Shown here one piece after another: positions 57,858-64,000 of a stretch of DNA of 64,000 nt. Numbering within the stretch: the first letter of the stretch is position 1; every line of letters begins with the position of its first letter. The stretch lies in NCBI GenBank assembly GCA_964491475.1, contig CAZBFO010000001.1, positions 189,265-253,264 of the forward strand. The letters are read 5' to 3'. A model generated the notes under the pieces. The model did not search any database. It saw nothing but the letters and a program-made list of their open reading frames with translations, and was not told the DNA's origin. This DNA comes from an uncultured Gammaproteobacteria bacterium (GTDB lineage: Bacteria > Patescibacteriota > Patescibacteriia > SG8-24). A program made the translations under genes and the position numbers.

Positions 57858-59795
57858 TTACTGCACCACGGCCTTGATTCGGCGCACGCCGGCCGAGGAA
57901 GCTTCTTCCTTGAGAATCTTGAACTTGCCGACCATGGCGGTGTGCTCCACATGCGGGCCGCCGCAGATTTCCTTGGAGAAGTAGCCGCGTTCGTCGTCGC
58001 CGACCATGTAGACCTTGACCTTGTTGCCGAGCGTGGCGTACTTGTCCTCGAACAGGCCGATGGCTCCGGCGGCCTTGGCCTCGTCGACGGTGAGCATGTC
58101 GAAGTGGACGGGCAGGTCTTTGACGATCTGCTCGTTGACCATGTCCTCGACCTGCTTGATCTGCTCGGGCGTCATCTTGGCGCCGTGCGAGAAGTCGAAG
58201 CGAAGGCGCTCGGCGGTGATGTTGCTCCCCTTCTGCTCGACGTGCTCGCCTAGCACGTTGCGGAGCGCCTTGTGCAGCAGGTGCGTGGCGGTGTGCATGC
58301 GCACGACGATCTCGGAGTGATCGGCCAGGCCGCCGGCGAACTTCTGCTCGGCGCCGGCGCGGGACTTTTCCTGATGCTTCTTGTACTCGTCTTCCCATTC
58401 GCGGGAGTTCACTTTTTTGCCGAGCACTTCTTCGGTCAGTTCCATCGGAAAACCGAAAGACTCGTACAGGTAGAATGCCGCGGAACCGGGAACCTCGACG
58501 TGCTGGGCGTACTGGTCCTTGAGCTTTTTGGCTTCCTGCAAGCCGCGCTGCAAGGTCGCCGAGAACTTGTCCTCCTCGTTCTTGAGCTCGTCCATGACGC
58601 GCTGGCGGTTGGAGACGAGTTCGCCGTAATGCTCGCCGTACATGGCGATTATTTTTTCCGCGATTGCACCGGTGAACGAACCTTCGATGCCAAGCTGGCG
58701 TCCGAAGCGCACGGCGCGGCGGATGAGGCGGCGCACGATGTAACCCTGGTCGGTGTTCGACGGGCCCACGCCGCGGGGATCGCCGATGATGAAGGTGGCG
58801 GTCTTGATGTGGTCGGCGACGATTCTCATTAACCGATTCGTGAATATGGCTGGAATTGGATACTCTTCGCCGTCATCCTTGTGAAAAGTACTGACGTGCA
58901 TCGAGCCCATTTTCTGCTTCAGATCATTTTCTGCCAATGGCTGGTAGGCCTTACCCGACAAATTCTCGATGACCTCAATAATCGGTTCAAAAAAATCTGT
59001 TTCAAAGACAGTCGGTGCCTTCTGCAGCATCATCGCCATGCGCTCCAGTCCCATGCCGGTGTCGACGTTGGGCTTGGCCAACGGCTCGAACTTGCCCTCG
59101 GCGGTCTTGTTGAACTGCATGAAGACGTCGTTCCAGATTTCGACGTAACGACCGCAGTCGCAGTTGGGGTGGCAGGCCTCTCCCCCGCCCCAGCCCGGCG
59201 CGTGCGCCTTGGGGTCGGCGAGGTGCAGCGTGTCGTAGAACATTTCGGTGTCGGGACCGCACGGACCGGTCTGGCCGGCGGGGCCCCACCAGTTCTTGGC
59301 TTTGGGATAGGCGAAAATCTTTTCGCCGAACTTGGCGTCGATGCCACCCTTCTTGAATTGTTCCTGCCAGTAGCCGATCGACTCGTCGTCGCGCGGCGCG
59401 TCGGTGTCGCCTTCGAAAACGGAAACGTACAGGCGCTGCGGATCGAGTCCGTAGCCGTCGGCCTTCGAAGTGAGCAGGTCGTAGCTCCACTCGATGGCTT
59501 CCTTCTTGAAGTAGTCGCCTAGCGACCAGTTGCCGAGCATCTCGAAAAAGGTCAGGTGACGGTTGTCGCCGACCTCGTCGATGTCGCCGGTGCGGACGCA
59601 TTTTTGCGCGTCGGCCAGGCGCTTGCCTTCCGGGTGCGGTTCGCCCATCAGGTACGGCACCAGCGGGTGCATGCCGGCCGTGGTGAACAGGACGGTGGGA
59701 TCGTTCTCGGGAATCAATGACGCCGAAGGGATGATCTTGTGTCCGCGCTTCTCGTAGAAAGCCAGGAATCGGTTGCGGATGTCGTTGCCAGTCAT
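57858..59795 (-). CDS. alaS: Alanine--tRNA ligase, short form with editing domain but no C-Ala domain
   Basis: DPTVLFTTAGM, HLTFFEMLGNWS.GDYFK, DTGMGLER, HTATHLL, EICGGPHV, GVRRI. Confidence 0.96.
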   Translation of the reverse strand: MTGNDIRNRFLAFYEKRGHKIIPSASLIPENDPTVLFTTAGMHPLVPYLMGEPHPEGKRLADAQKCVRTGDIDEVGDNRHLTFFEMLGNWSLGDYFKKEAIEWSYDLLTSKADGYGLDPQRLYVSVFEGDTDAPRDDESIGYWQEQFKKGGIDAKFGEKIFAYPKAKNWWGPAGQTGPCGPDTEMFYDTLHLADPKAHAPGWGGGEACHPNCDCGRYVEIWNDVFMQFNKTAEGKFEPLAKPNVDTGMGLERMAMMLQKAPTVFETDFFEPIIEVIENLSGKAYQPLAENDLKQKMGSMHVSTFHKDDGEEYPIPAIFTNRLMRIVADHIKTATFIIGDPRGVGPSNTDQGYIVRRLIRRAVRFGRQLGIEGSFTGAIAEKIIAMYGEHYGELVSNRQRVMDELKNEEDKFSATLQRGLQEAKKLKDQYAQHVEVPGSAAFYLYESFGFPMELTEEVLGKKVNSREWEDEYKKHQEKSRAGAEQKFAGGLADHSEIVVRMHTATHLLHKALRNVLGEHVEQKGSNITAERLRFDFSHGAKMTPEQIKQVEDMVNEQIVKDLPVHFDMLTVDEAKAAGAIGLFEDKYATLGNKVKVYMVGDDERGYFSKEICGGPHVEHTAMVGKFKILKEEASSAGVRRIKAVVQ

Positions 59796-59895
59796 AACGT
59801 TAAAAAGATATATGATTTGCCGTGGAGGGGCAAGACGAGCGCCATGCAACAAAAAAGGCCGCGAGGAACGCGACCCGGAAGCGCCGATGCCGAAG

Positions 59896-60174
59896 TTACG
59901 ACAGGTACCGGTGATATTGCACCGAGCGCCAATAGAGAAAGGCGACGACGGTGGTGACCACCAGCAGCGCCAAGTGCAGGACGACGAGGGCGCCGACGAT
60001 GACCGCGTAGGCGTTGAGCACAGACAGGGCCAGTGCGGTTGCCGAAGCCGCTTGGGCAAACACGACGGCTGCTCCGTGCTTCTTCGTCTTGGCCGCCACC
60101 AAATGCGCGATGGCGCTCACGGCCCACACCAGCAGAATCACAGCAGAGAACAATTCGAGCGGCGTATGCTGCAA
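59896..60174 (-). CDS. Small membrane hypothetical protein
   Basis: AAGGAGG before a TTG start; about three hydrophobic segments. Confidence 0.55.
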   Translation of the reverse strand: MQHTPLELFSAVILLVWAVSAIAHLVAAKTKKHGAAVVFAQAASATALALSVLNAYAVIVGALVVLHLALLVVTTVVAFLYWRSVQYHRYLS

Positions 60175-60225
60175 AAGAACCTCCTTTTCGGAGGTTCTTT
60201 ATCAGCCGAATCACGTCCGGTCAAA

Positions 60226-60921
60226 TTACTTGCACTTTCCGGTCATGTCGCCCAGGCAGCGGTAGTTGGCCTCGCTGCCGTTGAAGAACATCTTGTAGTG
60301 GGGGCGGTAGCGTTTGACCACGGCCTCGATCTGGGCCTTGATGCGCGGGCCGTCGCAGGCGCCGCTGGGCTTGATCTCGCCCTTGAGCCAGACTTCGGTG
60401 TTGACGCCGTCGGTGCTCTGAATCTTGTCGACTTGCAGCTTGCCATTGGCGAGGGAGTTGTACAAAGGGGTGTGCGTGCCGCTGCCGTGCAGGCCGAAGA
60501 GGGTCAGCAGCGCGTCATGGACGATGCTGTCCGTGGCGGCTGCCTTGTGTTCCGACACGAAGGCGATCTTGTCGTTGCAGCCGAAGGTCTCTTCCGCGAC
60601 CTTGGCGTCGGCAGGCGCGGTCGTGTTTTCCGTGAGAACGAATGGCACGGGAATGTCGTCATTTGCCATGTCCACCTGTTCGTTTTGCTGCGCCTTTTCC
60701 ACGGCGGCGACCTCCTTGGCCTTTTGCAGCGCTTCGAGCGAGGTCTTTGCCGGCATCAGCACGTCGCTGCCGACCTGATTGCCGACCTTCATGGCAGTCT
60801 GCCCGGCATCCGTGACCGACTGCGTCACCGACTGAAAACAGCCGGCTCCAAGCAGGATGAGGCCGATGGGAACGGCGAAGGCCGCGATGACGGTCGAGGT
60901 TTTCAGACGCTGTTCGGGCAT
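60226..60921 (-). CDS. Hypothetical lipoprotein (weakly GerMN-like C-terminus)
   Basis: LLGAGC lipobox; GACDGPRIKAQIE. Confidence 0.65.
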   Translation of the reverse strand: MPEQRLKTSTVIAAFAVPIGLILLGAGCFQSVTQSVTDAGQTAMKVGNQVGSDVLMPAKTSLEALQKAKEVAAVEKAQQNEQVDMANDDIPVPFVLTENTTAPADAKVAEETFGCNDKIAFVSEHKAAATDSIVHDALLTLFGLHGSGTHTPLYNSLANGKLQVDKIQSTDGVNTEVWLKGEIKPSGACDGPRIKAQIEAVVKRYRPHYKMFFNGSEANYRCLGDMTGKCK

Positions 60922-61024
60922 AGGAAAGACGAAATTTGTACCTGCAAACAATAGCGAGAACGGCCGTTCTTCGCAAGAAGCGCCAGGCAAAGAAAAACCG
61001 CCTCTGATAAAGGCGGAAAAGGGT

Positions 61025-61336
61025 TCAGGCAGCGCCGATTTTTCGGAGCAGGGCGTAGGAGTTCGCGGAGAAGAACGCCCAAAGGCCGGCCATGAACAGG
61101 GTCATGAGCACGCCGTCGCCGGCGCCGAAGCGGACAATGAGCACGGCGCGTCCGACGTAGCTGACGGTGACCAGCACGCAGCTGATGAACGACGTCCAAG
61201 CCAGCAGCCGCGTCTTTCCGCCGAGGTTGCCGGAGCGGATTCGCGAATTGGCCCAGATGCCGGCAATCAGCGCGGCGATGAAAAAGGGCGTCTGCAGGCT
61301 CAAGATGAGACCCACGATGATGTTTGCAGCGTTCAT
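61025..61336 (-). CDS. Small membrane hypothetical protein
   Basis: GGAGG RBS; three hydrophobic segments. Confidence 0.55.
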   Translation of the reverse strand: MNAANIIVGLILSLQTPFFIAALIAGIWANSRIRSGNLGGKTRLLAWTSFISCVLVTVSYVGRAVLIVRFGAGDGVLMTLFMAGLWAFFSANSYALLRKIGAA

Positions 61337-61377
61337 GCGTCCTCCAGTGCAGACTGTAGCCCTGCGGTCGTCGACGG

Positions 61378-62496
61378 TCAATGCGAGGCGTTCTCAAGAT
61401 GACGCCCGATGACCGCTCCGCCGAGGCAGACGTCGCCGTGGTAGAACACCACGAACTGGCCGGGGGAGATGGCGCGCTGCGGCTGATCGAATTCCGCCTG
61501 CAGCGTGCCGTCGTGGGCAACCGACACGGTACAGTCCTGGAGCGGCTGGCGGTAACGGATGCGGGCACGGCAACGGAACTTCCGTGACGGCGGTGCGCCG
61601 GCAATCCAGTGCGCCTGATCGGCGACAAGCGCCGACGCGAGCAGATCCGACTCGTTCCGCGAGACGGTCACGACGTTGCGGGCCAGGTCCTTGTCGACGA
61701 CGAAGTACGGCGCTCCCCCGCCGATGCCCAGGCCGTGGCGCTGGCCGACGGTGTACGGGGCGATGCCCTCGTGCCTACCGACCGACCTGCCATCCCGAGT
61801 GACCACTTCGCCGGGCACGCCGGAAATTTTTTCTCCGAGGAATTCGCGCAGGTCCACCTGCCCGATGAAGCAGATGCCCTGGCTGTCCTTCTTGTCCGCC
61901 GTCGGCAAACCGAACTCGGCTGCGAGCCTGCGCACCTCCGGCTTGGGAAGCTGACCGACAGGGAAAAGCGTGCGCGAAAGTTGCTCCTGCGTAAGCTGGT
62001 TCAGGAAATAGGACTGATCCTTGTTTCCGTCGACGCCGGCGAGCAGTTCGTGCGTCGATGTGACGGTGCCGTCTGGTCGGGCCTCCCCCGCATGAGTGAC
62101 GCGCGCGTAATGCCCGGTCGCAATCATGTCCGCGCCGATCTCCAGCGCTTTCTGCAGGAATAGTTTGAACTTCACTTTGCTGTTGCACAGCACGTCCGGA
62201 TTCGGGGTTCGGCCTGCGGCGTACTCGCGAACCATGTACTCGACCACGTCGCGGCGGTACTCGGCCTCGAAGTCGAAAGTCTCGAAGGGGATGCCGAGCG
62301 TGGCCGCCACGCGCAGCGCGTCCTGGCGCTCCTTCTTCCAGCCGCACTCCCCCGTGCAGGGGTCGGCTTCGTCGGACCAGTTCTTCATGAAGGCACCAGT
62401 GACTTCATGCCCCTCGCGCAGCAAAAGCGCGGCGGCGACGCTGGAGTCGACGCCGCCGGACATGGCGACCATGATTTTGCGCTTGGGCTGGGACAT
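61378..62496 (-). CDS. mnmA: tRNA 2-thiouridylase MnmA
   Basis: AMSGGVDSSVAA, TPNPDVLCN, ATGHYA, KDQSYFL, DSQGICF, PGQ. Confidence 0.97.
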   Translation of the reverse strand: MSQPKRKIMVAMSGGVDSSVAAALLLREGHEVTGAFMKNWSDEADPCTGECGWKKERQDALRVAATLGIPFETFDFEAEYRRDVVEYMVREYAAGRTPNPDVLCNSKVKFKLFLQKALEIGADMIATGHYARVTHAGEARPDGTVTSTHELLAGVDGNKDQSYFLNQLTQEQLSRTLFPVGQLPKPEVRRLAAEFGLPTADKKDSQGICFIGQVDLREFLGEKISGVPGEVVTRDGRSVGRHEGIAPYTVGQRHGLGIGGGAPYFVVDKDLARNVVTVSRNESDLLASALVADQAHWIAGAPPSRKFRCRARIRYRQPLQDCTVSVAHDGTLQAEFDQPQRAISPGQFVVFYHGDVCLGGAVIGRHLENASH

Positions 62497-62614
62497 AACG
62501 GAGGAACCTAGCATAGCACGACCGGACGGGCAAGCTGCCGAGGCCGTGAAACGTCTTGACCGACGTGCTAAAAATCGCTATGTTGAGGCCTCACGGCAAC
62601 GAAAGGAGGCACAA

Positions 62615-63040
62615 GTGACAACTTTGGTCTTTACGGTACACAACGTCGAAGCGAACCGCGAAAGCGGATTTCCCAGCGCCGCCCGAGGCGGTCTCGTGCG
62701 CGCACTGCGCGCCGTCGCAAAGGAGCACTTCGGCGAGGAGACGCAAACCCTGGTGTCGCTGGTGGGCGACGCGCCGTCGGGCGAAAGCAGCTTCGAGAAG
62801 GCGGAGGGGCCGGTCGTCGTCGTTCTCGACATGCTCGGAGGTGACGTGGGATGGGGCCACCTCAAGTTGGACCAAGTCGCCGAGCGCATCGGCAAGGCGG
62901 CCAAGGCCGTCGTCCGCCACAGGGATTTCACGGTCTCGGTCCGAGACACGGAGTCCTCCGTCCATCACGGCCGGTTCAGCACCGCGGCAGCGTCGCCGAA
63001 CGCGGAGCCGGAAACGAAAGTCGCGACGGAAACCCGATAG
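62615..63040 (+). CDS. Hypothetical protein
   Basis: TTGACC-17-TATGTT promoter (62556-62584), AAGGAGG plus GTG start, palindromic terminator at 63048-63072. Confidence 0.6.
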   Translation: MTTLVFTVHNVEANRESGFPSAARGGLVRALRAVAKEHFGEETQTLVSLVGDAPSGESSFEKAEGPVVVVLDMLGGDVGWGHLKLDQVAERIGKAAKAVVRHRDFTVSVRDTESSVHHGRFSTAAASPNAEPETKVATETR

Positions 63041-63124
63041 ACCGCCGACCGACCTGATCAGGTCGGTTTTTTCTTTGTATGCAATCCGCACAAAGAAAAA
63101 GCTCCCCGTTGGGGGAGCTTTGGT

Positions 63125-64000
63125 TCAGATGCCGTAGATCCGTTCGTACTTTTCCTCGACGTATTCGAGGAAAAAACGGGCGTCGGGCTCTTCGTCGGTG
63201 GCCTCGCGGACGATCTGCTCGGCGGTCTTGAGCGAGCCGTGCCGATGGACCTTGTCGCGCAGCCAGCCGAGGATCGGCGCGAAGTCGCCGGCGGCGATGC
63301 AGGCACGGAGGTCGTGCTTGCCGTCGAAGTCGTCGCGCATGGCGCGATACAGCTGCGCCGCATGCAGGTTGCCGATGGCGTAGGTCGGGAAGTACCCGAA
63401 CAGGCCGGCGGCCCAGTGGACGTCCTGCAGGCAGCCTTCGGCCAGCGTCGGCGGCACGATGCCCAGGTACTTCTTGGACAGCGCGTTCCAGGTTTCCGGA
63501 ACGTCCCTCACCTCCAGGCGTCCTTCGATGAGCGCAAGCTCGATCTCGAAGCGCATGCAGATGTGCAGGTTGTAGGTGACCTCGTCGGCCTCGGTGCGGA
63601 TGAATGACGGGCGGACCGCGTTCAGGTAAGCGTGCAGGTCCTCGGCCTTCGGCGTCAGTCCGACCGTGGCCAGCTGCTTCTGCAAGAAGAGGCAGAAAGC
63701 GTAACTGCCGCCGATGCAGCGCTCCCAGAACCGCGACTGCGATTCGTGGATGCCCAGCGACGGCGCCTCGCCGGCCACGGTGGAGAACAGCTCCACGGGG
63801 AGGCCCTGCTCGTACATGCCGTGTCCGGCTTCGTGTACGGTGCTGCCCAGGCCGTAGAGGAAGTCCTCCTCGCGAAAGCGCGTGGCAATGCGCGCGTCGT
63901 TGGCATGCAGGCGCATCATGAACGGATGCGTCGTTTCGGCCATGAGCCCGCGCGAGAAGTCGAAGCCCAGCTTGGCGGCGATGCGCTTGTTGAGCGTCTT
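63125..64000 (-). CDS. Carboxypeptidase M32 (Taq-like), 5' part outside the window
   Basis: HPF, HEAGHGMYEQG, GIHESQS, IRTEADE.TYNLH, GCLQDVHW, GYFPTY. Confidence 0.95.
   Translation of the reverse strand, partial: KTLNKRIAAKLGFDFSRGLMAETTHPFMMRLHANDARIATRFREEDFLYGLGSTVHEAGHGMYEQGLPVELFSTVAGEAPSLGIHESQSRFWERCIGGSYAFCLFLQKQLATVGLTPKAEDLHAYLNAVRPSFIRTEADEVTYNLHICMRFEIELALIEGRLEVRDVPETWNALSKKYLGIVPPTLAEGCLQDVHWAAGLFGYFPTYAIGNLHAAQLYRAMRDDFDGKHDLRACIAAGDFAPILGWLRDKVHRHGSLKTAEQIVREATDEEPDARFFLEYVEEKYERIYGI

Overview
A GC-rich chromosomal segment that looks like Patescibacteria (CPR, Parcubacteria/ABY1-like). Supporting signs are RpoA without its CTD, AlaRS without the C-Ala domain, CPR-type surface-protein repeats, an orphan PemK-like gene and a TTCGG-N6-TTCGG box at lexA. 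The backbone is housekeeping: mreBCD-mrdA, greA, lysS, serS, alr-ddl-ftsQ-like, ftsH, gltX, clpB (with a perfect CIRCE), lexA, def-fmt, a Wzx/glycosyltransferase/O-antigen-ligase cluster, infA-rpmJ-rpsM-rpsK-rpsD-rpoA-rplQ-rplM-rpsI, alaS, mnmA and an M32 peptidase. A defence-rich region at about 6-19 kb holds an EVE-PD-(D/E)XK nuclease, a PLD-type restriction-modification pair, an orphan PemK/MazF gene and an OLD-like ATPase-TOPRIM gene preceded by a CIRCE-like site. The two best candidates for something undescribed are (1) a three-gene nucleotide-modification operon (thymidylate-synthase homolog with the cytosine-type Asp, a HAM1/ITPase homolog with rewritten base-recognition motifs, and an NMP kinase) and (2) a small RNA of about 60 nt, with its own promoter and terminator, convergent on the orphan PemK/MazF gene, which could be an RNA antitoxin. 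I also noted polarised base-composition shifts in core genes flanking the variable slots, a second structured RNA candidate near lexA, and a tandem array of three unknown paralogs. No tRNA, rRNA, CRISPR array, integrase or transposase was recognised. All calls are by-eye motif recognition; no searches or folding programs were run.
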